From assembly GCA_964475265.1 (NCBI GenBank), contig CAYYVY010000007.1, positions 2,985 to 66,984 of the forward strand: 64,000 bases of DNA, in the 5' to 3' direction. The translations under genes were made by a program, and so were the position numbers. This document shows, in pieces, positions 27,845 to 39,269 of the stretch; within the stretch, counting starts at the first letter, position 1; the number at the start of each line of letters is the position of its first letter. Source of the DNA: an uncultured Anaerolineaceae bacterium. Lineage in GTDB: Bacteria; Chloroflexota; Anaerolineae; Anaerolineales; E44-bin32. Below the pieces are notes generated by a model. It searched no databases and was not told where the DNA came from. It saw only the letters and a list, made by a program, of their open reading frames with translations.

Positions 27845-28321
27845 TCAATCCAAATCTACCGTCGTGCGGCATGCCGGGCATTCTTTCACACCCCGGAACA
27901 ACCGCTCCCCACAAGCCGGACAGAGGTAGCGAGCGTATTCCGACTGAATCCAGGCTTGCGTTCCATGTTCCCGCCGATAAGGTACTGCGCGTAGAATCGC
28001 TTTCTTCCCCGCAGGTATCGGAAAATCGTCGATGCGCTCGCATGGGAAATCCCCACAGGCGTGACAACCTTCGATCCCTTTGGTTTGCGTGCAATCCCGG
28101 ATGGCACAGATCCGACAGGAAGGAAAACGCCGCGATGATCGGCAACCGTCACAGAGCAATTCCTCAACGGGTAAGGAGGAAATCTGTGGAAACCGTCGCG
28201 CGTAGATTTTGCCCAACCTTTTCAGGTAGATCAAATCGTTTTCCAGGGTCGCCTGATGGATTCTGCACACGCCGCAATACAAGCCACAAGGTGCGTTGAG
28301 TTCCGCTGAAATCTCCTGCAT
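27845..28321 (-). CDS. DUF3795 cysteine-rich protein
   Basis: 'CGLYCGVCRI', 'CDGCRS' and 'CxIRxC...CHACGDFPC' Cys clusters are present. Confidence 0.7.
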   Translation of the reverse strand: MQEISAELNAPCGLYCGVCRIHQATLENDLIYLKRLGKIYARRFPQISSLPVEELLCDGCRSSRRFPSCRICAIRDCTQTKGIEGCHACGDFPCERIDDFPIPAGKKAILRAVPYRREHGTQAWIQSEYARYLCPACGERLFRGVKECPACRTTVDLD

Positions 28322-28354
28322 TCGCCTCTTCTGTTGCTCCTTCTTGAAAATGTT

Positions 28355-29029
28355 TTAACCGGGCCACCTTTTTCTAAGTCGTCCTGCCTGATTCAGATGG
28401 ACAAAGTTATGCCGAGTCGGGGGCATCAGCAGCAACCCGGCAACAGTGCGCTTACCCCAATACTCGAGCAACCCTATCGCTGACCGAGAGACGGCCTCCT
28501 CTTTCATAACCCGTTCGAGGCGGGCAGGTTTCACCTTTTGCTGCATTTCTTGCGGCTCGAGTCGAGAAACGATTTCACGCGTTCTATTGCCCACGGTGCG
28601 GCGATAATCACGCAATGACTCGAGTTCGATGCGCATGCTCAGGTCGGTGATCGCGCGGCTGTCCATCGTGTTCCCAGTGGAGCGGAATTCAACCTGCATG
28701 CGGCGATTCCAATTTCCCTCATTCAGAATCTGGGTTCGATCCGCCACGAGAATGTTCATAGTCACGTCTTCGATACGCGCAATATGCCACACATGCCAGG
28801 CGATGGAATGACCGCTCGCCGCTTCGACGCGACGGATTACATCTTCACCAACGCCCCTCTATATTTCATCCGCAAATGAACAGACCTGCATTGAAGCTAT
28901 TCCGGCTGCGTGAAGCATTGCATGCTGCTCGAGAAACAGCTCGATTCCCCGCTCGTGATCCTCGGGGTGTCTGAGCGTTTGCCGCAGTACTTTCTGCCGT
29001 GGATTCCAGAACTTTCGATTTTCATCCAT
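28355..29029 (-). pseudogene. DinB-family protein interrupted by one in-frame TAG (codon 57, at 28859..28861)
   Basis: Read by hand, the sequence is ATG(29029) MDENRKFWNPRQ...SFADEI-TAG-RGVGEDVIRRVEAASGHSIAWHVWHIARIEDV..., continuing in the same frame into track ORF 28355..28792. It carries DinB-like 'SIAWxxWHxARxED' and C-terminal 'PTRHNFVHLNQ' motifs. Confidence 0.6.
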
Positions 29030-29131
29030 CACGCGTCGTTCACCAATATTAATACAAATCTATTCTATTTGATTTGAATCAATCTAGGAGACTAGATCCA
29101 CGGAGATCGTTTCGTCCGATTCGAGGGGACC

Positions 29132-29359
29132 TTATGCAAATTTTGAATCGTGCGCTCGGGTAAACATCCGATAGGGCAAGCCAATATTCTGCTGCTTGAG
29201 TTTTTCAATTATTTCGAACAGCGTATCGACTTCATCCTCGCCCAATGCCGATGTTGGCTCGTCCATGACGATAATGCGGGCGTTGACGGACAAAGCCTTG
29301 GCGACCTCGACCATCTGCTGCGCAGCGACGGATAGATCCTGGATAAGCGATGGAGTGGA
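29132..29359 (-). pseudogene. 5'-truncated fragment of a sugar-type ABC ATPase
   Basis: Only the signature/Walker-B segment 'LSVAAQQMVEVAKALSVNARIIVMDEPTSALGEDEVDTLFEIIEKLKQQ' is present. Walker A is missing and the C-terminus is degenerate. Confidence 0.6.
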
Positions 29360-29360
29360 A

Positions 29361-29807
29361 ATTCGTGCGCCGACGATCGATAGCCTTGGGCTTGACCCTG
29401 CGCTTGGATCGTATGCAAGGGATTGGATGAACCGATCTGGAATTCCCGTAGCACTCAACATCGATCCGGATCTCGGCCGACTTCCGGAAGACATCGAACT
29501 ATCGATCTTCCGCATTGTCCAGGAAGGGCTGAACAACGTGCTGAAACATTCAGATGCCAGTGCATCCAAAGTCGATCTGCCGCGAACCATGCCGCGCACG
29601 CTGATGCTCTCCGTTTCCGACAATGGGCGGGGAATTGCCGAAGATTTTGATATGACTGCGTTATCAGCCAGTGGCAACTACGGATTGGTGGGAATTAGCG
29701 AAAGGGTAGCCCTCTTGGATGGACGCCTAAAAATACAGAACCTCACTGAGGGAGGTTTACTGCTGCACGTCGAAATCCCCCACCCGCGCTTGGAAATTCA
29801 GGCATGA
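29361..29807 (+). pseudogene. 5'-truncated fragment of a NarL/DegS-type histidine kinase (HATPase_c only)
   Basis: 'IDSLGLDPALGSYA...GIPVALNIDPDLGRLPEDIELSIFRIVQEGLNNVLKHSDAS...VSDNGRGI...YGLVGISERVALLDGRLKI' is present. The HisKA_3 His box and the sensor part are absent, and no partner response regulator is nearby. Confidence 0.6.
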
Positions 29808-29821
29808 TGGACAACGAACGA

Positions 29822-30448
29822 TCAATCCATGATGCGTACACGGATCGCCTGGCAGATGCCATCGATGGCGGTGACTATGCGATCGGTACTTTCCAGCCCC
29901 ATCTCCCAATACTCGGGTTCGAAGCCGCGCAAATGAGGGTCGGGAGATCGACCCCAATCGTCGAGGCCTTCGTCTTCCATTAAGCGAATCAGACCCAACA
30001 GCTGCTCACAAACGGCCGCCGGATAGAAGGGGCGGTTTTGTTCGATACGTCGATAAACGTCCGAGTACGATGTGGCAAACGCGGCGAGTATCTCCGCTTT
30101 ATGCGATTCGTCAGATTTGGTGGGCGAATCTTTTATGACTTCCGGTTTAAGCAGAATCGCAGTTCTGCGAAAGGAAATCAACGAATCCCATATTTCAGTA
30201 AGGATCTTGAATTCGTGCTCGAAACGCGCTGGATGGATGTGGGACTGCCGTGTCAGCAACGTCGAGAGGAAATTAATATCCCGATCGTACCGCTCCAAAA
30301 ATTCATCCAATTCCGTCGAGTCTCTTCGATGGACGAGCGCCGATTCGATCTTCGAATTAACCGAAGACAATTTACGGTAGACGAACAGAGCCGAGATAAT
30401 ACCAACGCCCAGTATCACGATTCCGACAATGAGAATGGCGATTTCCAT
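29822..30448 (-). CDS. Hypothetical N-terminally anchored helical protein (orphan)
   Basis: 208-aa ORF with an N-terminal TM helix (MEIAILIVGIVILGVGIISALFVY). GC content is visibly lower than in neighbouring genes, and it is preceded by an AT-rich upstream region. Confidence 0.5.
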   Translation of the reverse strand: MEIAILIVGIVILGVGIISALFVYRKLSSVNSKIESALVHRRDSTELDEFLERYDRDINFLSTLLTRQSHIHPARFEHEFKILTEIWDSLISFRRTAILLKPEVIKDSPTKSDESHKAEILAAFATSYSDVYRRIEQNRPFYPAAVCEQLLGLIRLMEDEGLDDWGRSPDPHLRGFEPEYWEMGLESTDRIVTAIDGICQAIRVRIMD

Positions 30449-30641
30449 CGGCTCAACTCCTCATCAATACAAGAAAGAGATTTTCCGTTTACTTCAAATT
30501 TTACACGTTTTTCAAAGCAATATATTTAATGGGTGATCTTACACCAATCCTACCATGCCGCCACTCACCTGCAAACATCGTTTGCGGATGGGGAACGGAT
30601 ACTGCAGGCCTGAGAGGGGCGAATGGATGGATAAGACTTCG

Positions 30642-31190
30642 CTACGGAAGTCGTCTGTAATCTGCCGTGCCCGGGTGTAGATCTTTTCGGCCGTCAAAAT
30701 AGATCGCCACCCATTCGGCCAATCTTCTTCCCAGGCGTTTGCAGGCTTCGACCTCTTTCTCCAGACGCGGTTCACCGGCTTGCGTCACCCCGTAGTGCAG
30801 CGTGAATTGTTTGCCGGAGTAATCTGTTGCGCCAAAAACCAGCATGCCATAGTTGAGCATGATCGTCATCAGCGACATGCAGGTTAATTCGGCGCCGCCA
30901 CCCCACCCTCCTTGCGAACTAAAAGCACAACCGATCTTGCCGTCGATGCTTTGCCAAACAGGAAGGAGATCCTCCCAAAATCGTTTCATCTCCGCCGCAA
31001 CCGTGCCCAGGTAGGTGGGAGAGCCAACCGCCATACCGTTACACCAAAGCACGTCTTCAGGGCCGGCTTGATCAATCGATTTCAGGCGCACATCGATATC
31101 GGACACGCTCCGCGCGCCTTCTGCTACATACTCGGCCATCTTCTGTGTCGATCCCTCTTTACTATAGTAAAGTACCAACACGTTTCCCAT
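30642..31190 (-). CDS. Flavodoxin-fold NAD(P)H:quinone oxidoreductase-like protein (WrbA-like)
   Basis: 'VLVLYYSKEGSTQKMAEYVAEGA...AVGSPTYLGTVAAEMKRFWE' is present. The ATG at 31190 follows a GAGGAG ribosome-binding site. Confidence 0.75.
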   Translation of the reverse strand: MGNVLVLYYSKEGSTQKMAEYVAEGARSVSDIDVRLKSIDQAGPEDVLWCNGMAVGSPTYLGTVAAEMKRFWEDLLPVWQSIDGKIGCAFSSQGGWGGGAELTCMSLMTIMLNYGMLVFGATDYSGKQFTLHYGVTQAGEPRLEKEVEACKRLGRRLAEWVAIYFDGRKDLHPGTADYRRLP

Positions 31191-31352
31191 ACCGTGACTC
31201 CTCGCAGTGAAAATAAATCCATCGATGCTGATTGACATCCGCATTCCAACGGACGTTTCAGATAAATGATTAAATTTCACGACGCTCAGACGAACAGTGA
31301 TGCCCAGCTAATCCAACGGAAAGAGGAATCGCCGGCTGCGGTTTCGAACGAT

Positions 31353-34351
<2,999 letters not shown>

Positions 34352-34362
34352 TATTTCACTCC

Positions 34363-34986
34363 TTAATGAATTTCGATGGTTTTCAACGCTTGCTGAATCG
34401 CCTGGACCAACAAACGATGTTCGACTTGATGAATGCGTTCCTCGAGAGATTCGAGTGTGTCATCTGCACGGATTGGAACGACCTCCTGGGCGATTACGGG
34501 TCCAACATCTACCCCCTCATCGGGTACGTAATGCACCATCACACCGGTTTGGGTGGTCTTCCCGGCCTGGAAGTCGTTCCAGGCGCGTTCGATGGCGTGC
34601 GTCCCGGGGAAGGTACCCGGCAGAGCGGGATGCAAATTGACCACCCGCATGGGATATCGATCCAGAAACGCCGCAGTGAGTACACGCATCCAACCCGCCA
34701 GAATTACAAGCGTGGGCTCGAACGCAGCCGCGATGTCCGCCAGATCCGCATCGTACGCCCGGCGGTCTTTTCCCGCTTCCTTGTAAGGTTTCCATGGATG
34801 GTAGCGACTGGGAATGGCGGTCTTTTCCGCCCGTTCCAGCGAGTAGGCTTCCTTGCGGTCGCAAATTACTGCGACGACTTCGGCATCCAGGTCGCCCGAT
34901 TCACAGGCATCGATAATGGCCTGCAAATTGCTGCCGAAACCGGAGGCCAAGATTACCAGTCGATTATCTCTCTTCTCTTCTGCCAC
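34363..34986 (-). CDS. purN: Phosphoribosylglycinamide formyltransferase
   Basis: 'LVILASGFGSNLQAIIDA' and 'VVNLHPALPGTFPG' are present. The GTG start at 34986 follows a GAGAGGAA ribosome-binding site. The longer track ORF has a non-homologous 5' extension. Confidence 0.9.
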   Translation of the reverse strand: MAEEKRDNRLVILASGFGSNLQAIIDACESGDLDAEVVAVICDRKEAYSLERAEKTAIPSRYHPWKPYKEAGKDRRAYDADLADIAAAFEPTLVILAGWMRVLTAAFLDRYPMRVVNLHPALPGTFPGTHAIERAWNDFQAGKTTQTGVMVHYVPDEGVDVGPVIAQEVVPIRADDTLESLEERIHQVEHRLLVQAIQQALKTIEIH

Positions 34987-35012
34987 GGAATGTTCCTCTC
35001 GATTGCGAGCGG

Positions 35013-37283
35013 TTACACGAGAACGACTTCGTTCCCCTCGCACACCTCGCCGATTACATACGTGTCGTCTGGAATAGATTTTTGTACGTTCTCTACATTG
35101 TCCGCATCGACCACGGCGATCATTCCGATTCCCATGTTGAAGACGCGATACATTTCCTCGCGCTCGATCCCACCACGGTCTTGAATCAGCCGGAATATCT
35201 CCGGAACGGACCACGCGTCGATCTCGATGCGTGCGCCCAGATTTTTCGGCAAAACCCTGGGAACGTTATCAAAAAAGCCGCCACCGGTAATATGCACCAA
35301 CGCCTTCAACGAACTCGCGGGTGTGTCGAGCAGCTTCGAAAGATGGGGCAAATAGGAGCGGTGCGGCGCCAACAAGGCATCGGCCAAGGTGCTGCCGTCC
35401 GTCATTTTGCAAGCTCGTAGATCCTCGCCGGCAAAAATCCGGCGGATGAGGGAGTAGCCGTTGGTATGCGGCCCCGATGAAGCCAGCCCCACGAGGACGT
35501 CCCCCACACGGATGTCCTTCCTGGGAAGGATGGCCTCCCGCTCCACGACGCCCACAATCGCTCCGGCCAAATCCAGCTGGCCTTCAACGTACATTCCAGG
35601 AAGCTCGGCCGTCTCACCGCCCAACAATGCACATTCGGCTTCCCGGCAGGCATCGGCCACACCAGCCACGAGTTCGGCGACCACCTGCGGATCGGTTGTG
35701 CTGCAACCAATGTAATCCAAAAAGAACAGCGGCCGGGCCCCCTGCACCAGAATGTCGTTGATGCAGTGGTTGACCAGATCGACGCCGAGATCGTGATAGC
35801 TTTTCAACTGCACGCCGAGCATCACTTTCGTGCCCACGCTGTCCGTCGACCCGGAGAGCACGGGGGCTTTCATCTTGGAAACCCTGCTCGCCTGGAACAG
35901 ACCACCGAATGCGCCCACACCGGCGAGCACTTCCTCGCCGTGGGTCGATTCCACGGCTTGCTTCATCAGAGCTACGGCACGATTTCCGGCGTCGATATCG
36001 ACGCCCGCTGCGGCGTAGGCCGAGGCCGGTTTGGCGATATCTTTGCGGTACTGCATTCCCTCGAAGTGGATCTTTTCAATCCCGGCATACACGATCTTAC
36101 GCGCTTCGGTGATATTGGGACCGCGGGCCGTCATGCCCAGCACACGTCCGCCGTTGGTGACGATGGCGCCGTTTTTCTGCGTCGTCCCGGCGTGAAACGC
36201 CCACACGTCGTCCGGCAGCGAATCCAACCCGCTAATTTCGATCCCTTTCTTGTACGTCCCCGGATAGCCGCCCGAAGCCAACACCACACACAGCGCTGCG
36301 CCATCGCTCCATCGCACGCTTGGAGCCACCTGGGCAAGATTGCCCGCTACGCAGGCCAGCATGATTTCCAGCAGATCGGATTCAAGCAGGGGCAGAATCA
36401 CCTGGGTTTCGGGATCACCGAAACGGCAGTTGTATTCCAACACCTGGACACCTGAATCGGTCAGGATTAAACCACCGTAGAGCACACCGATAAACGGATT
36501 ACCCTCTGCACGCATCCCGTCGATAACCGGCTGCAGCATGCGTTTGCAGGCATCCTCAATTTCAGCAGCCGTCATGCTCGGCGAGGGCGCAAAGGTTCCC
36601 ATTCCGCCCGTGTTGGGACCGCGATCGTTATCCAACAAGCGCTTGTGATCCTGAGCGGTAGGCATGGGTAGGATGTGCTCTCCGTCGCTGAATGCAAGCA
36701 ATGAGACTTCCCTGCCGACGAGCTTGTCTTCAATCACGACCCGCTCGCCGGCAGCGCCGAATCGTTCGTCCACCATGATCTCGCGCAAAGCGCGTTGTGC
36801 TTCTTCTTGATCGGCGGGCAGGATGACGCCCTTCCCGGCAGCCAAACCGGAAGCCTTGATCACGAAATCCATCCCCCGACCGCGCACGTGATCGAGCGCT
36901 TTCTCGTAATCCGTGAAGACCTCAAAGCCGGCGCTGGGAATGCCGTGACGCTGCATAAACGTCTTGGCGAACGCTTTGGAGGATTCCAATTGTGCAGCCG
37001 CGGCAGTCGGTCCAAACACTCGAATCCCCTTTGCCATCAAGGCGTCGGTGATGCCATTTGCCAGTGGGACTTCCGGACCCACGACGACGAGTTCGATTTC
37101 ATTCTCAACCGCAGCGTCGACGACGCCGTCCGTGTCGTCCGCCGAAACAGGCAGGTTTTGCGCCACCTGTGCCGTTCCTGGATTTCCCGGCAGCGCGTAG
37201 AGCTCGGAAAGCAGCGGAGATTGCGAAAGCTTCCAAGCCAGCGTATGCTCACGCCCGCCTGAGCCGACGACCAGGACCTTCAT
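35013..37283 (-). CDS. purD-purM: Fused phosphoribosylamine-glycine ligase / AIR synthetase (PurD-PurM)
   Basis: 756 aa. Residues 1 to about 417 are PurD ('MKVLVVGSGGREHTLAWKL...YNCRFGDPE...YRKDI'). From about residue 421 onward it is PurM ('YAAAGVDIDAGN...GAFGGLF...'). The ATG at 37283 follows a GGAGGAA ribosome-binding site. Confidence 0.9.
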   Translation of the reverse strand: MKVLVVGSGGREHTLAWKLSQSPLLSELYALPGNPGTAQVAQNLPVSADDTDGVVDAAVENEIELVVVGPEVPLANGITDALMAKGIRVFGPTAAAAQLESSKAFAKTFMQRHGIPSAGFEVFTDYEKALDHVRGRGMDFVIKASGLAAGKGVILPADQEEAQRALREIMVDERFGAAGERVVIEDKLVGREVSLLAFSDGEHILPMPTAQDHKRLLDNDRGPNTGGMGTFAPSPSMTAAEIEDACKRMLQPVIDGMRAEGNPFIGVLYGGLILTDSGVQVLEYNCRFGDPETQVILPLLESDLLEIMLACVAGNLAQVAPSVRWSDGAALCVVLASGGYPGTYKKGIEISGLDSLPDDVWAFHAGTTQKNGAIVTNGGRVLGMTARGPNITEARKIVYAGIEKIHFEGMQYRKDIAKPASAYAAAGVDIDAGNRAVALMKQAVESTHGEEVLAGVGAFGGLFQASRVSKMKAPVLSGSTDSVGTKVMLGVQLKSYHDLGVDLVNHCINDILVQGARPLFFLDYIGCSTTDPQVVAELVAGVADACREAECALLGGETAELPGMYVEGQLDLAGAIVGVVEREAILPRKDIRVGDVLVGLASSGPHTNGYSLIRRIFAGEDLRACKMTDGSTLADALLAPHRSYLPHLSKLLDTPASSLKALVHITGGGFFDNVPRVLPKNLGARIEIDAWSVPEIFRLIQDRGGIEREEMYRVFNMGIGMIAVVDADNVENVQKSIPDDTYVIGEVCEGNEVVLV

Positions 37284-37327
37284 ACTTTCCTCCTCATGTA
37301 CGTTTTCCAGGTGTGGATTCCCCAGGA

Positions 37328-38761
37328 TTATCCAAACCGTTCTTTCACCAATACTTCTGCGACCTCGAACGGGTACTTGCCGGTAAAACATGCGTTGCAG
37401 TAGCCGCTCTCGCTGCCAATCGCGCGCATCATTCCTTCCAACGACAGAAAATGCAGGCTGTCCGTTCCCAGCATGTCGCTGATTTCGGAGACCGAATTCG
37501 ACGAAGCCACCAATTCCTGGCGCGTGGGCATATCCACGCCCATGAAACATGGATGTGTGATCGGCGGGCAGGTGATACGCATGTGTACCTCATCGGCACC
37601 TGCGTCCCGCAGCGTGTTGACCAGGCGCCGCGCCGTCGTGCCGCGCACGATCGAATCATCCACCAGGACCACGCGCTTGCCATCCAGGACGCTGCGGATG
37701 GGGTTGAATTTCATGTACACGCTGCGCTCGCGCATATCCTGTTCCGGCCGGATGAAGGTGCGCCCGACGTAGGAATCCTTAACCAGGGCCATCTGGAACG
37801 GAATGCCGCTTCTTTCGGCGTATCCCAAAGCCGCAGGGATAGACGAATCGGGCACCGGCACAACCAGGTCCGCCTCTACATCCCCTTCGAGAGCCAACTC
37901 GCGGCCGATGCGCCGGCGTACCTGGTAGACCACCTGGTCGTCCCAGACACTGTCCGGACGCGAGAAATAGATGTGCTCGAAAGTGCATAAGGCCAACGGT
38001 CTGGATGGCGCAATCGCTTGGCGAACGATCAGCGCCGCATCGTGCAACGCCACGACCTCACCCGGATGAACCTCGCGCACCGCCTTGCATCCGATGATGT
38101 CCAGGGCGCTGGTTTCAGAGCACACCGCATGACCGCCTTCCGGCAGCAAGCCGACCGTCAGCGGGCGCAGCCCCCACGGATCGCGAGCGGCGAAGACGCC
38201 ATCGACGGTCAGAACTACGAGAGAATACGCTCCCACCCAATCCTGCATCGCGTGGGCCAGGCGGTCCAGCCAGGTGTCGCCGGGAGCCCCGGCCAGCATT
38301 AGAACCATCACTTCGCTGTCCGAGCTGGAGGTCAATCCCATTCCATTCGTCAGGAGCTTTTCGCGCAGCGCATCGGCGTTCACCAGATTTCCGTTGTGCG
38401 CTAATGCAACCGGCCCATAACGTGTTTCGAGCAGAAACGGCTGCGCGTTCTGCAAACTCGACCCCCCGGTCGTGCTGTAACGCGTGTGGCCGATGGCCAG
38501 TTTCGCGGTCAATGTGTTTATCGCGCTGTCGGAAAAGAGTCCATCGACCAGGCCCATACGCTTTTCGACGTTGATCGAGGTTCCATCGCTGACGGCGATG
38601 CCTGCCGATTCCTGTCCGCGGTGCTGGACGGCGTGTAAGCCGTAATACGTGAACTGGACGGCTTCCTCGCGTGGGGAGTCAATCCCGAATATGCCGCACG
38701 CCTCGCGCGATTTGCCAGAAATCATTGGCCCCGAAAGCCGATGCCGATTTATCTCAGGCAC
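37328..38761 (-). CDS. purF: Amidophosphoribosyltransferase (Fe-S type)
   Basis: The N-terminal nucleophile 'CGIFGI' follows a short propeptide. The PRPP loop 'VVLVDDSIVRGTT' is present. Cys ligands occur in 'CTFEHIYF', 'CPPITHPCF' and 'CNACFTGKYP'. Confidence 0.95.
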   Translation of the reverse strand: MPEINRHRLSGPMISGKSREACGIFGIDSPREEAVQFTYYGLHAVQHRGQESAGIAVSDGTSINVEKRMGLVDGLFSDSAINTLTAKLAIGHTRYSTTGGSSLQNAQPFLLETRYGPVALAHNGNLVNADALREKLLTNGMGLTSSSDSEVMVLMLAGAPGDTWLDRLAHAMQDWVGAYSLVVLTVDGVFAARDPWGLRPLTVGLLPEGGHAVCSETSALDIIGCKAVREVHPGEVVALHDAALIVRQAIAPSRPLALCTFEHIYFSRPDSVWDDQVVYQVRRRIGRELALEGDVEADLVVPVPDSSIPAALGYAERSGIPFQMALVKDSYVGRTFIRPEQDMRERSVYMKFNPIRSVLDGKRVVLVDDSIVRGTTARRLVNTLRDAGADEVHMRITCPPITHPCFMGVDMPTRQELVASSNSVSEISDMLGTDSLHFLSLEGMMRAIGSESGYCNACFTGKYPFEVAEVLVKERFG

Positions 38762-38767
38762 GATCTA

Positions 38768-39253
38768 TCAACCTCCAAGCTCGGAGTCGGCTGCCGCCAA
38801 CCGTTTGCGTTGTTCTTCCTGCCTTTGGCGAACGGCTTCCGCAATCTCCGTAGAGGACAATCCTAAAATCTTCGCCGCAGCCAAGCCCGCATTCGCGGGC
38901 TCGAGAACGACCATGGGCGCCACGCCGCTGGGCATGCGTAAGGACGAATACAAATCTGCGCCCGCAAAGCTGCTGCCGATCGGCGGGCAGGCGATCACCG
39001 GCGCGCTAACATTTGCGTCTACTATGCCGCTCAAGGCATTGCTGCGGCCTGCCACGGTGATATACACTTTCGGACGCGAGTCGACTTCGTACTCGGCAAG
39101 CATATCGAGCAATCTCTGCGGCGTTTTGTGGGCCGAGGCGATTCGGCGCACGCACTCGATATTCATCTCTTCAAGCACAGCCACGATCTGGTCCACGTGC
39201 TCTCGATCCGAGGGGGAACCTATCAGGATCACGACGAGCGGTTCTGATGCCAT
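38768..39253 (-). CDS. purE: AIR carboxylase-type PurE (class-II-like motifs)
   Basis: It carries 'ASAHKTP' and 'VAGRSNALSG...APVIACPP'. Class I enzymes have SAHRTP and AGGAAHLPG at these positions. The ATG is at 39253. Confidence 0.75.
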   Translation of the reverse strand: MASEPLVVILIGSPSDREHVDQIVAVLEEMNIECVRRIASAHKTPQRLLDMLAEYEVDSRPKVYITVAGRSNALSGIVDANVSAPVIACPPIGSSFAGADLYSSLRMPSGVAPMVVLEPANAGLAAAKILGLSSTEIAEAVRQRQEEQRKRLAAADSELGG

Positions 39254-39269
39254 GGGATCACCTGACTCC

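Noticed and set aside
28859-28861. The idea that TAG is reassigned, through pyrrolysine or a genetic-code change
   Set aside because: TAG is the apparent true terminator of several well-delimited genes in this window (ends at 2021, 6195 and 10526, and the minus-strand genes ending at 14273 and 15891). No pyl genes or methylamine methyltransferases are visible. Occasional suppression cannot be excluded, but recoding is not supported.
29196-29807. 203-aa plus-strand ORF as an intact gene
   Set aside because: Its first ~55 codons are just the antisense of the ABC-ATPase fragment. Only the C-terminal two-thirds is kinase-like, and it lacks the phospho-acceptor His domain. I therefore treated it as a gene fragment.
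35013-37550. 5' extensions of track ORFs (35013..37550 and 34363..35214, for example, and likewise 31353..32906, 45458..46753 and 49404..49970)
   Set aside because: The extensions overlap upstream genes and lack homology-like sequence. Internal starts with good Shine-Dalgarno sequences coincide with the canonical N-termini ([33 protein letters not shown] and others).
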